Assembly: GCA_038065055.1 (NCBI GenBank)
Contig: JBBTRT010000002.1
Coordinates: 9,038 to 73,037 of the forward strand
Length of the DNA stretch: 64,000 nt
From: Patescibacteria group bacterium
GTDB taxonomy: Bacteria; Patescibacteriota; Microgenomatia; UBA1400; CG1-02-47-37
Direction: 5' to 3'
Below the pieces are notes generated by a model. It made no database searches, was not told where the DNA came from, and saw only the letters and a program-made list of their open reading frames with translations. Shown piece after piece: positions 52,351 through 62,080 of the stretch (its first letter is position 1; every line of letters starts with the position of its first letter). Made by a program: the position numbers and the translations under genes.

Positions 52351-53694
52351 TTAATACCAACTCCACCAAAGATTAATAATCGTCGCTAAACTTAACCAAA
52401 GAGTAATCGGTAGAAAAATATATTTATGTTTTTTAATTACCTCAAATAGAAAAATCACCAGTTGATATATAAAAATCGGCAAAATAAACAGCATATAAGA
52501 AGCTTTTATAGAATCGCCTTTGGCCGACCCGTGAAAAGTAATCGAATATAAGAATCCGAGCCAAGCAATAATAAAAGTAATTAAAAACATTAACTCGACC
52601 AACCACTGGTCATCAGGCCGGCGCAGTTTCTTTAAGATCCGTAAAACTAAATAGCCAAAACTAACAATCATTAAGATAGAGGTGGGCAGATTGACCTGAT
52701 TTTGAAGAGCTAAGCCAGCAACCCGTTGAGGAGTAGTTAGCAGCCGGTCGGCTTCGCGGGCTTCAAAATCAATACCATAGCGCCTTTGAATAAAATAATT
52801 CCAAAAATCGCCCCAAAATTCGCTATAGTAAATCGGAATAAAACGATTGAGCCAGACTTCCATTCTGATCGGATGAGTCATCATAAAATGAAAGGGAATC
52901 TCGGTCAAAAAGGCCAACCTTTCTTCCGGCGCTACCCCACCTTTAAAGCGATTCATAATAATGGTCACCCGATCCTCGTAAAGATCTGATTTCCGGCCGT
53001 AAAACCAACCGGTACCGAGGGAAACAACCAGTATAAATACTAATAATAAACCCAGAGATTTGGACCAACTGATCCGATGAAGATAAGCCAGTCCTAAATA
53101 GCCGGCACATAAAGCCGTTAATATTGCCAGGGTCGAAATCCGGCTTAGAAGACAAATGGCCATTAATAGGCCAAGTTGAATGCTATTGGACAAGGTTGGT
53201 TTGGGTAAGACTTTAAAAATAAAGAACCACAAAGTTATACTGGTAACTAATAATAACCAGGGTTCAATGGTGTACATAACTAAAGTTTTATGCAGCACCG
53301 GCAAGGAAAATAGTAAAAGCAGAAACGCAAATCGGGCCGGTTGGTTCTCCGGCAACATTTTTTTAATAATCTGATACCAAAGATAACCGCTAATAAGCGG
53401 AAATAAAATCGAAAAATAACGCCAATAAACCACGGCTTTAAAGAATTCTTTGCCAGAGAGATAACTGGTTACGCGGGTGAATAAGCCGCTAATCAGGAAA
53501 AAAAGCGGCGGGTCGTAAAATTTGGCGGTTTCATCAATTGTTGGGTAACGCCACTGTTCACTGATTATTTGGGCATACTTAACGTGAAGAGCATAAATAT
53601 AGCCGCTGCGGTTGGGGAAAAAATACAAATTGTGAGCCAGGAAAAAAACAGCCAAGCAAAGACCCAAAATCAAGAAGAATTTTTTAGTGAACAT
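52351..53694 (-). CDS. polytopic membrane protein, GT-C-like; paralog of 47632..48954
   Basis: IPIYYSEFWGDFWNYF and KGDSIKASYML, with a matching N-terminus (FFLAHNLYFFP vs FFLVHNVYYYP). Confidence 0.5.
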   Translation of the reverse strand: MFTKKFFLILGLCLAVFFLAHNLYFFPNRSGYIYALHVKYAQIISEQWRYPTIDETAKFYDPPLFFLISGLFTRVTSYLSGKEFFKAVVYWRYFSILFPLISGYLWYQIIKKMLPENQPARFAFLLLLFSLPVLHKTLVMYTIEPWLLLVTSITLWFFIFKVLPKPTLSNSIQLGLLMAICLLSRISTLAILTALCAGYLGLAYLHRISWSKSLGLLLVFILVVSLGTGWFYGRKSDLYEDRVTIIMNRFKGGVAPEERLAFLTEIPFHFMMTHPIRMEVWLNRFIPIYYSEFWGDFWNYFIQRRYGIDFEAREADRLLTTPQRVAGLALQNQVNLPTSILMIVSFGYLVLRILKKLRRPDDQWLVELMFLITFIIAWLGFLYSITFHGSAKGDSIKASYMLFILPIFIYQLVIFLFEVIKKHKYIFLPITLWLSLATIINLWWSWY

Positions 53695-54799
53695 TTTTAA
53701 TTTGCTTAATAATATAAAGTTGGTCTTTTTGGCTTAAAGCGGCAAAAGTAGGTAAATTTAAGCCTTGCTTAGCCACTGCATCCGTGACGGGAAACTGATA
53801 ACGGCGGTTAGCTTTTTTATAGGGCGGCAGCTGAGGTAAAGGGTAAAAAAACGGCCGTGTTTCAATCCCTTTTTTTGCTAAGAAATGCATCAGCTGGTCC
53901 CGCGAGCAGCCAAATTTTGATTCATTAACCAAGAGAGAAAACATCCACCAGTTAGTTTGAGCATAATCGGCTTGGGTTTGAAAACTTAAGCCGGGAATAC
54001 CCGAGAGTAATTTTTGGTAACGGGCGGCAATGGTTTGTTTTTGAGCCACAAACTTTGATAAGCGGCGCAACTGGCCGATGCCGACCGCGGCTTGCAAATT
54101 TGTCATGGCATAGTTATAACCAATGGCCGGGTGATAATAATTGTGGATGGCAGTGTCTTTAGCTTGGTCACGGTAAAACTTGGCAGTGGCATAAATTTTT
54201 TGACTGTTGGTAACTAACATACCACCTTCACCGGTGGTAACAATTTTATTGCCAAAAAAAGAAAAAGTAGTAACGTCGGCAATTCCGCCAAATGGTTTTC
54301 CCCAATATAATGACCCCAGAGATTCGGCCGAGTCGGAAATAAAGCGGAGTTTAAATTTTTTGACCAAAGCTTTTACCCGAAGAAAATCAATTGGATGGCC
54401 GTAAAGATCAACCGACATTATGGCTTTTGTTTTGGAAGTAATTTTTGATTCAAGAAGATCAATATTTAAATTGAATGTATTTGGTTCAATATCGACAAAT
54501 ATTGGTTTAGCCCTAACATAGGTTATGGCGTTGGCGGAAGCAACAAAAGTCAAGGCCGGTACAATTACCTCATCACCCGGACCGATACCTAAAGCAATTA
54601 AGGTTAAATGCAGGGCGGCAGTGCCGTTGCAAACCGGCAAGGCATAGCGGCTTTTAACGACAGCGCTAAATTCCCGGCCAAATTGCTCAACTAAGGGGCC
54701 AATCGAAGAAATCCAACCGCTATTTAAACTGTCATTGACTAATTTTTTTTCAATGCGACCGAAAATCGGTTGGGCTAAAGGAATGAATGAGTGCATCAA
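53684..54799 (-). CDS. DegT-family sugar aminotransferase (ArnB-like)
   Basis: CNGTAALHL, DEVIVPALTFVASAN, FSFFGNKIVTTGEGG. Confidence 0.85.
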   Translation of the reverse strand: MMHSFIPLAQPIFGRIEKKLVNDSLNSGWISSIGPLVEQFGREFSAVVKSRYALPVCNGTAALHLTLIALGIGPGDEVIVPALTFVASANAITYVRAKPIFVDIEPNTFNLNIDLLESKITSKTKAIMSVDLYGHPIDFLRVKALVKKFKLRFISDSAESLGSLYWGKPFGGIADVTTFSFFGNKIVTTGEGGMLVTNSQKIYATAKFYRDQAKDTAIHNYYHPAIGYNYAMTNLQAAVGIGQLRRLSKFVAQKQTIAARYQKLLSGIPGLSFQTQADYAQTNWWMFSLLVNESKFGCSRDQLMHFLAKKGIETRPFFYPLPQLPPYKKANRRYQFPVTDAVAKQGLNLPTFAALSQKDQLYIIKQIKNVH

Positions 54800-56048
54800 A
54801 ATATTTTACCTCTTTTTTGCCAAAGGAAAAGTCCGTACAGAAACGCATGTTGGTACGGCGGACCAGAATCATAAAATTGCCCAGACAACCAAAAAGCCAG
54901 CTAAAAACTAAACTGATTGCCGAACCAACGGCGCCATAATGAGGCGCTAATAAATAATTAGAACCAACTAATAAAATCAGACTTAAAAAACTCACCCAAA
55001 TGATCGGTTGATGATTTCTGGTGGCAAATAAGACATGGTCATATGGGGCGAAAATGATTAAAATAAATTGACCCAGCAACAGCCAGGCAAAGACAGGAAC
55101 ACTGGGTAAGAATTTATCTCCAAGGACTAAAGAAATTAGCGGATAGCGGAAAATAAAAAGCAATAATAAGAATGGGGCAAAAAATAATGCCGAAAATTTA
55201 ACTGCCAGATCGGTATAGCGTTGAATTTCAGCTGACTGACGCAGGCTATATAACGAAGATATTTTGGGGAAAAAATAAGTCATCAGAGAACCAGATAAAG
55301 TTTTGATAAAACCAAATAGTCCATATGCCCCGGCGAAGAATCCAACTGCCTCGACCGAATGATAATGCCGGAGAATTAAAGGCAAACTACTATCTTGAAA
55401 ATAAGATAAGGGGATAATTAAAGCAAAAGGTAAACTGTAGTGGAAATATTTTTTAGCTAAAGGAAAAGAAAATTGTAAAGGTTTAAAACGCCAAAGCCAG
55501 TAAAGACAAAAACTAAATAAAACAATTGATTCGATTAAAATAGATAAAGAGTAACCGAAAACATTTTTGTAGATTAAAATAATAATCCCTAATCCCAGAA
55601 GTTTAATGATTTTCGCAATAAAACGAGAAAGATTAGGCTGCCAGGCTTGTTGAAGTCCTTCAAAAGTAATTAAAGTGGCATCGGCAAGACGAGAAAAAAT
55701 TTCGTTGGCTAATAAAATTATAAATACCCAGGATAACTGACCTTTAATGGCGCCGGTAATTAAGGCAATAAGGAGACAAGCACTTAAGATCATAAGTTTA
55801 AGGGTTAAAAAAGTCCCCAGGGTTTGTTTGGGCTGGTTAAAAAAAGCAGTAAAATGGACGTGAGCCCGGGAAAGACCAAAATCAGATAAAGCCATGATGA
55901 CACCCAAAAAGCCAACTATATAGGCTACCTGGCCAAAAATTATTGGTCCAAAAATCCGAGCTGAAACCGAAATGGTAATAAAGGAAACTAACCCACCCAA
56001 GCCGTTAGCAGCAAATTGAGTGATAATATTGCGGCCAAGCTGAGACAT
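54750..56048 (-). CDS. Wzx-like flippase (MOP superfamily polysaccharide biosynthesis protein)
   Basis: 432 aa with at least 12 TM segments. The N-terminus NIITQFAANGLGGLVSFITISVSARIFGP is typical of the family. Confidence 0.7.
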   Translation of the reverse strand: MSQLGRNIITQFAANGLGGLVSFITISVSARIFGPIIFGQVAYIVGFLGVIMALSDFGLSRAHVHFTAFFNQPKQTLGTFLTLKLMILSACLLIALITGAIKGQLSWVFIILLANEIFSRLADATLITFEGLQQAWQPNLSRFIAKIIKLLGLGIIILIYKNVFGYSLSILIESIVLFSFCLYWLWRFKPLQFSFPLAKKYFHYSLPFALIIPLSYFQDSSLPLILRHYHSVEAVGFFAGAYGLFGFIKTLSGSLMTYFFPKISSLYSLRQSAEIQRYTDLAVKFSALFFAPFLLLLFIFRYPLISLVLGDKFLPSVPVFAWLLLGQFILIIFAPYDHVLFATRNHQPIIWVSFLSLILLVGSNYLLAPHYGAVGSAISLVFSWLFGCLGNFMILVRRTNMRFCTDFSFGKKEVKYFDALIHSFSPTDFRSH

Positions 56049-56051
56049 AAT

Positions 56052-56765
56052 TTATTTCTGCGCCTCAACTAATTGTTGAACAGGATGCCCCAGTAAATTA
56101 AGAAACGGATTCCAACCAGTCAGTAACACCAGTGAATTAATAAGCCAGCGGCCAATTTCTAAATGGTAGTGACCGAGGGAACCCAAAGAACCAGTATAGA
56201 TATTTCTTAACCATAAGGCGTGGCTACAATTGATTTTCACCCGCTTAAAGTAGCGGCGACATAACAGTAATAATTCAGGAGAGGTGAATTCCTGAACATG
56301 GAGCCGGTCGGTTAAACCGGCCGATGTTTTAACCGGAGTGGTTAGAATCAGCCGGCCGCCGGACTTCAATACCCTATTTGCCTCAGCTAATAATTTTTGC
56401 GGCTGATCCAGGTGCTCAATAATTTCCGTGGCAATGACGACGTCAAAAAAACCTGACTGAAACGGTAATAATTCTGCCGGGGCTTTTAAAAATTTGGCTT
56501 TAACTTTGGTTGCAGCATAATTAAGGCTCGATTGATCCAAATCGATGCCATACAAGCGACCACGATTGATTAGGCTCAATAAAACTCCATCACCGCAGCC
56601 GATGTCCAATATTTTTTGATTTTTTTTATGGGGAATTAATTTAATTACTTGTTGATACCGGGCAAAAACAAACGCATTAAAAGTAAAAATATTGCGGCTA
56701 ATTTGCTGCCAATGATAATGGGGCGAACGAAGCTGATATTTATTAAAAGTTATTTTTTCCGGCAT
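56052..56765 (-). CDS. class I SAM-dependent methyltransferase
   Basis: Motif I ILDIGCGDGVLL, then FDVVIATEIIEHL. Confidence 0.75.
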   Translation of the reverse strand: MPEKITFNKYQLRSPHYHWQQISRNIFTFNAFVFARYQQVIKLIPHKKNQKILDIGCGDGVLLSLINRGRLYGIDLDQSSLNYAATKVKAKFLKAPAELLPFQSGFFDVVIATEIIEHLDQPQKLLAEANRVLKSGGRLILTTPVKTSAGLTDRLHVQEFTSPELLLLCRRYFKRVKINCSHALWLRNIYTGSLGSLGHYHLEIGRWLINSLVLLTGWNPFLNLLGHPVQQLVEAQK

Positions 56766-57355
56766 AGAAAAACCAAATCCTGGGCCAAAAAATTAGGCCA
56801 ATAATTTATACAGGGATAGATGGGGTTAAATTTTAACCAAATAAGCAACCTATTTAAGCCGGGAATGGTGGTAAAACTGGCTGATTTTTTAACCCTAAAC
56901 CCGGCAATTTTGAGTTGTTGAGAAAAAGTGTGATGAGTAAAAAACCGTAAATGATAACCTTCTTTTTTCGGCGGCTGACCGCAAAGCATGAATAAGCGGT
57001 AGCCCCACCAAGCAATATTGGGAGTGGAAATGATCAACCAACCCTTAGGCTTTAACACCCGATAAATTTCCTTTAAGAATAATTCTGACTGGGCCAGGTG
57101 TTCGATGACTTCCAGGGAAATGGCGCCACTAAATTCACTTGAGTGAAACGGAAGCGGCCGATTAAAGTCAGCCGGAATAATATTTTGACCACGGTTAATA
57201 TCAACCAAAGTCAGATTGATTATTCTGCCTTTGGTTAGCTCAGCTAATTCTCCATTGCCTGATCCTAACTCTACAATCCGGCCATCAATCTTCGACGGTA
57301 ATAAATTAATTGCTTTAGAATACCAGGGCCGATGAAAATCAATTGTGCGCTGCAT
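56750..57355 (-). CDS. class I SAM-dependent methyltransferase
   Basis: Motif I IVELGSGNGELA, then FSGAISLEVIEHL. Confidence 0.7.
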   Translation of the reverse strand: MQRTIDFHRPWYSKAINLLPSKIDGRIVELGSGNGELAELTKGRIINLTLVDINRGQNIIPADFNRPLPFHSSEFSGAISLEVIEHLAQSELFLKEIYRVLKPKGWLIISTPNIAWWGYRLFMLCGQPPKKEGYHLRFFTHHTFSQQLKIAGFRVKKSASFTTIPGLNRLLIWLKFNPIYPCINYWPNFLAQDLVFLCRKK

Positions 57356-58829
57356 ATAAACTACCGTCTTTTAAAATTATATAATCAGCCGGAAACGGGC
57401 AGACAGGTTCTTGAGCTAATTGCTCCCGGCTCCAAGCTTTTAGCTCTTCCGGCAGTTGGCGTTTTCCAAAAGAAAAAACAGTCAACCCTTGATTATAGGT
57501 TAAATCGAATAAATGGCCAATAATTTGAGTGTCAGTTAAAGTGGCTTCAATTTCTGCCTGACTCAAGTGGCTCAAAGCCATGGCACAGTTAAACCGTTGC
57601 CACAATTCTTCCCGGCTGAAGGAAGAATAGCTGCCGTAAGGCAAGTAGAGCTTAGCTTTTGACAAAACCGGTAAATAAAAATTAAGACGTTTATCTAAGG
57701 TTAAGACTATTGGATTACCGGCTTGTTGATTAATAAAAGTAATTAGTTCCTGTTCCCGGGGCGTTATACGATACATTGACTGCCACTGCCAGGAAATCAG
57801 GCTTTGATTAATTAAAGCATATGCCAAAATCAAGCCAGTGAATATCCGCCAATATTTTTCAATCAAACGGCCAAACACAATTACCAAAAGCAACGGCACC
57901 AACGGTTCAAAAGTCGAGCTGGGCCAATGGCCGGGTGCAATAGTAAAGCCGGTTACCAGCTGTACATTCATCAAGCCGATAGCAGCAAAAAAAACACTCC
58001 ACCAGAATTTTTTGACCAGTGCTGACAAACTCGAAAAATAAATTAAAATAATTAAAAAGACATATCTAATGGTGGTTAATGGTTCCAGAAATCGTCCTTC
58101 GAGCCGGCCAAAGCGAATTTGCTGTTCGATAGGGGCCGAAAATGATTGATAAAAATAAGGCAGGGAGATAATTAGTCCCAATAATAACCCAGCCAATAAT
58201 TTCTTACTTTTAGTGAGCAAACAAAAAATTGCCAAAATTAACAGTGCTGCTGACCAATGATAAAAATAAACATAAGCCAGCAAACCAGCCCAAAATCCAG
58301 CCAAAATAGAACGTCGATAAAGACTGATTAAAAAAAGCAGTAAAAAAATAAATGTCAGTTGTGGCGGAATCAAGCGGTTAAAGTTAAAAAACATCGGCTG
58401 AAACCAAGCAACAGGATTAATTTTAGTCAACAGCTGATAACCGAATAACGAAGCTAATGATCCGACTAGAGCCAATTCCCGGCTGACTTTAAATTGCCAA
58501 GACAGTTGAAAAAGTAATAAAAAAATAATTGCCGGCAGAAAAAAATCAGCTAAAATAAAAGTGGTCTCGACTGAGCCAAAAAGCCAAGTGAAACTTGCCA
58601 GTAGAAACGGGCCAATAAACGGCAGGCTGGATAAATTTCTGCCGTCAAATAATTGACCTTGAACTACCGCCACAACCTGAGACGCGTAGATATTTTCGTC
58701 ACCATTATTAAAAGGAGTATAAATAATACCTTGCTGCCGGGCCGTCCACCAGGGAATCAAATTATGCAGGGAAAAAATAAAACCCACAGTTAACGCCAAT
58801 AAAATAAAAATTATTTTTTGATTCTTCAT
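57339..58829 (-). CDS. polytopic membrane protein with C-terminal soluble domain (GT-C-like candidate); distant paralog of 23477..25210
   Basis: First external loop PFNNGDENIYASQ, about 11 TM segments and a hydrophilic tail of about 150 aa. Confidence 0.4.
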   Translation of the reverse strand: MKNQKIIFILLALTVGFIFSLHNLIPWWTARQQGIIYTPFNNGDENIYASQVVAVVQGQLFDGRNLSSLPFIGPFLLASFTWLFGSVETTFILADFFLPAIIFLLLFQLSWQFKVSRELALVGSLASLFGYQLLTKINPVAWFQPMFFNFNRLIPPQLTFIFLLLFLISLYRRSILAGFWAGLLAYVYFYHWSAALLILAIFCLLTKSKKLLAGLLLGLIISLPYFYQSFSAPIEQQIRFGRLEGRFLEPLTTIRYVFLIILIYFSSLSALVKKFWWSVFFAAIGLMNVQLVTGFTIAPGHWPSSTFEPLVPLLLVIVFGRLIEKYWRIFTGLILAYALINQSLISWQWQSMYRITPREQELITFINQQAGNPIVLTLDKRLNFYLPVLSKAKLYLPYGSYSSFSREELWQRFNCAMALSHLSQAEIEATLTDTQIIGHLFDLTYNQGLTVFSFGKRQLPEELKAWSREQLAQEPVCPFPADYIILKDGSLYAAHN

Positions 58830-59929
58830 TTAATTAAAGAAGTTAATAATTTAATTTCCTGATGAATTATCTTGCGATTATCAAACTGGTCTAAAATTGT
58901 TTGCCTCGCGCCTTGACTTAGGCGGTTGGCTAAATCAGGCTGATTTATAAGTTGATTAATACCAGCGGTAATCGCTACGGGATTATTTTTCACCAATAAA
59001 CCATTCAAGCCATTGGTCAGAATAAACCGGCTGTAAGTTTTATCGGCTACCACGCAAGGCAAGCCACAACTCATAGCTTCCAGTAAGGCTTTAGGGCTAC
59101 CCTCGTGATGCGATACCAAGCAAAAAATATCGGCTGCTTGATAAATTTTAACCAAATCATAATGTTTTACCGATTCAATATATTTCAGCTTAATTTTAAG
59201 TTTTTTGGCCAAAGCAAAAACTTTCTGTTTTAGAGGTCCCCGACCGATTAAGGAGAGTTCAACCGGAATTTTAATTTTGGCCACCGCCCTGAGCAAATTT
59301 AATTGGTTTTTTTGGTGAACTAACCGACCAACAGTTAATAACCTAATCGGCTGATGAATTACCCGCTTAACCGGTTTAAATAAATTCACATCAACTCCAT
59401 TTGGAATTAAGTTAGCTTTAGGCCGATGGTCAGTTGAAGTCACGATGACCCGATCGGAAAACCGCCAACCACACCTTTCGGTAAATTTGATAAACGGAAC
59501 CAACCACCACAAACCTTCCTGATTGGCAAAATGGGCATAATCATACCCGTAAGTGGTTACCACTGGCAGGTGCCAAAAAAACTTTGCCAGCAATGCCGGC
59601 CAAACACCCAGCATTTGTTTCACCCGCAATACCCGGCACTGGGTAATTTCCCGGCAGTAAAACCACGGCATTAACCAAGTATAAAGCCAGCGCGGTAAAT
59701 TATAATGATTGGGTAAAAGAGTAATTAAATCAGGATAAGGGTTAGGCTCATTAGCGTAAGAAAAAACGTAAACCGGGTGAAAAAATTTCGGATAAAAACG
59801 CAAGTAATTATTTAACCAATGACTATCACGTCCACTTAAATTGTAAGTGCGAAAACTATCACCGGAATTTAAAAAAATTCCCAAAGCCGGTTTCATACTT
59901 AATTTTTTGGTTTTAAGCGCAAGTGGCAA
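58826..59929 (-). CDS. GT-B glycosyltransferase, GT4-like
   Basis: CLVSHHEGSPKALLEAMSCGLPCVVAD. An alternative start MKPALGIF at 59896 would remove the 31-nt overlap. Confidence 0.8.
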   Translation of the reverse strand: MPLALKTKKLSMKPALGIFLNSGDSFRTYNLSGRDSHWLNNYLRFYPKFFHPVYVFSYANEPNPYPDLITLLPNHYNLPRWLYTWLMPWFYCREITQCRVLRVKQMLGVWPALLAKFFWHLPVVTTYGYDYAHFANQEGLWWLVPFIKFTERCGWRFSDRVIVTSTDHRPKANLIPNGVDVNLFKPVKRVIHQPIRLLTVGRLVHQKNQLNLLRAVAKIKIPVELSLIGRGPLKQKVFALAKKLKIKLKYIESVKHYDLVKIYQAADIFCLVSHHEGSPKALLEAMSCGLPCVVADKTYSRFILTNGLNGLLVKNNPVAITAGINQLINQPDLANRLSQGARQTILDQFDNRKIIHQEIKLLTSLIK

Positions 59930-60972
59930 CAGCCGATACAGGCTGCCCGAAAGGCCCCTCTCTTTACTTGCAGACGGAATTGACGATACTTAGGACTATT
60001 CCATAACTTCATAAATGGTTGATCCAAAACCGAACCGATCTTTAAATTAAAACAAGGATAAATATCGCCAAATGGAGAAATCCGGGCCAAGTGGAAAATT
60101 TTAGTACAGTAAACGCGGCTTAAATCAATGTTGCCACCGTAATAATCTAAAACGTCATGCGGTTGCAATTGAGGGCTAAAAGTGACCCGGAGATTAAATT
60201 TCTGAGCCAGCTTTAAGCTTGAATCTAAGCTAATTTTTAATGCTTCACGGGGTATTTTAGGCATCAACTTCCGGTAGTCAGTTTTTAAATGACTTAAGTT
60301 ATCGTGAAGATCGTAACCGGAGCGATCGACGGACGGGTCCAGTAATTGAAAATTGAGCCAATTAACTTTAAATTTGACGGCCAACTCCACCATTTTAGAC
60401 ATTTTAGTATAGTTATGGGGCAAAACTACGGAATTAACCGTAAACGTCGGATAAGCTTTCCCTTGCCACTCTTTTTGATTTTGAATATCCTTTAAAGTAG
60501 TAAGGGTTTTACGCCAACTACCCTTACCCCTGACCTTATCATGCAGGGTCGCGGTATAGCCATCGAGAGAAAACATGAGCGTATCCAGGCCCATGGCCAC
60601 CAAAGCCTGATTTTTCTCGGGCGTGTTGATAGTTAAATTGGAAATAATTCCAACCCGGTGTTTTTTCTTGGCATGAGATAAAACTTCAATAATGTCTTTC
60701 CTGAGCATGATCTCCCCGCCGGTAAAGGAAATACCGGTTTGCCTGGGTATTTGATCGATGGTCCGTAAAATTTCTTCAGTTAAAAGATGGCGCTGAGCCT
60801 TAATTTTTTTGACTTTTTCTTCAATTCTCAGATAGCAAAAAGGGCAAGCTAAATTGCAGGCATAAAGCAATTCAAAAACGACATTACTGGGAAACGGCGA
60901 CCAGCCAGCTGGCCAAAAAGAAAACAGATTTTCGTATAGCGGCGCTAATTTACGTCTTATTATTTGCAACAT
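59899..60972 (-). CDS. radical SAM enzyme with C-terminal SPASM/twitch-type Cys motif
   Basis: CNLACPFCY (Cys39/43/46, 60835..60858). C-terminal C-x12-G-x4-C (CTKIFHLARISPFGDIYPC) plus CIGCC. Confidence 0.8.
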   Translation of the reverse strand: MLQIIRRKLAPLYENLFSFWPAGWSPFPSNVVFELLYACNLACPFCYLRIEEKVKKIKAQRHLLTEEILRTIDQIPRQTGISFTGGEIMLRKDIIEVLSHAKKKHRVGIISNLTINTPEKNQALVAMGLDTLMFSLDGYTATLHDKVRGKGSWRKTLTTLKDIQNQKEWQGKAYPTFTVNSVVLPHNYTKMSKMVELAVKFKVNWLNFQLLDPSVDRSGYDLHDNLSHLKTDYRKLMPKIPREALKISLDSSLKLAQKFNLRVTFSPQLQPHDVLDYYGGNIDLSRVYCTKIFHLARISPFGDIYPCFNLKIGSVLDQPFMKLWNSPKYRQFRLQVKRGAFRAACIGCCHLRLKPKN

Positions 60973-62080
60973 AAGTACGGTATAAGTGTAAATGACTGGT
61001 TATAATTTGTCTACGTTCAAAGTGTGAGCTTAAAAGCTTAAAACTATTTAAACCAAACAGTTTTTTTTGCCGGCTTGTTTGAATGATAGCGGCAACAATC
61101 TCTCTGGGTTTATTGGGATTGACCAAAAATCCATTGTTTTTAATTAACTCCTTGTTGCCGCCGCGATTAGAGGCCACGATCGGCAAACCAAAGCTTAGCG
61201 CCTCTAAACCGGCACGGGATAAAGGCTCAGGCCAGCGAGAAAGAAGCACAAACAAACCGGCCTGTTGAAATAATTTTAAAGTGTCCTCGTGGTTTAGTTT
61301 GCCTAAATAGTGGCAGTTTTCAGGAAAAGTGGTTTTAAAGCTGGGATTAATTTCGCCAGCGAAAATAAATTTATATTGAGGCAGCAGCCTAGCTACCTTG
61401 ATCAATATATCCGTACCTTTACCAAAGGATAGCTTACCAACTGATAGAATAATATTACCCTGTGCGCGCGGCTGTTTTACCGGTGGTAAATTGTAAATCG
61501 AAATGGTTTTTTTGACACCATTTGCCTGATAAATTTTGGCCAGTTGAGGAGAAACTGCAATGACTTGTTGACAACGGTTCAACCACCATTTTAATTGATA
61601 CTGCCAAAACTTCGCTAAAACTAATTTAATTGAAGAAATTTTGTGATAACGATTTTGGTATTCAGGAATCTCGTGATTTAAATAATAGCTAAAATTGCAG
61701 TTTGTCTGCTGGTGGGTAAAACATAAAGCCAAAGGGCATAAAAATTTAAAATCCCTGACCGTCGCCACAACCGGCTTGCCGGTCAGCCAACCGGCAATAA
61801 CTGCCCCGGGCAAAATGTACTTACCGTGAACATGGATAAGATTTATTTTTTCTGATTTAATTTTTTGATAAATGTGCCAAGCGGAATAAATAAAATAAAT
61901 TGGATTGTTAAACCATAGGGGAGATAAACCTTCACCAATTTGATTTCTTTTCCAAGCGGGAGAAAAAATTATTACCTTTTGTTTTACTGAGCGTAAACCT
62001 TCAGCTAAGGCATTCTGACTATGTTCAGCTCCGGATACCGGCCGATCAGAAGCATATTCGTTAAGAAATAAGATTTTCAT
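60950..62080 (-). CDS. GT-B glycosyltransferase, GT4-like
   Basis: FVLLSRWPEPLSRAGLEALSFGLPIVASNRGGNKELI. The ORF extends to 62134, but MKILFLNEY at 62080 is the typical GT4 N-terminus. Confidence 0.8.
   Translation of the reverse strand: MKILFLNEYASDRPVSGAEHSQNALAEGLRSVKQKVIIFSPAWKRNQIGEGLSPLWFNNPIYFIYSAWHIYQKIKSEKINLIHVHGKYILPGAVIAGWLTGKPVVATVRDFKFLCPLALCFTHQQTNCNFSYYLNHEIPEYQNRYHKISSIKLVLAKFWQYQLKWWLNRCQQVIAVSPQLAKIYQANGVKKTISIYNLPPVKQPRAQGNIILSVGKLSFGKGTDILIKVARLLPQYKFIFAGEINPSFKTTFPENCHYLGKLNHEDTLKLFQQAGLFVLLSRWPEPLSRAGLEALSFGLPIVASNRGGNKELIKNNGFLVNPNKPREIVAAIIQTSRQKKLFGLNSFKLLSSHFERRQIITSHLHLYRTYVANNKT

Noticed and set aside
59899-60972. Radical SAM/SPASM enzyme as a RiPP (sactipeptide/ranthipeptide-like) maturase
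   Set aside because: No short precursor ORF, leader-peptide-like gene, peptidase or dedicated exporter is adjacent. Both neighbours are overlapping GT4 genes.
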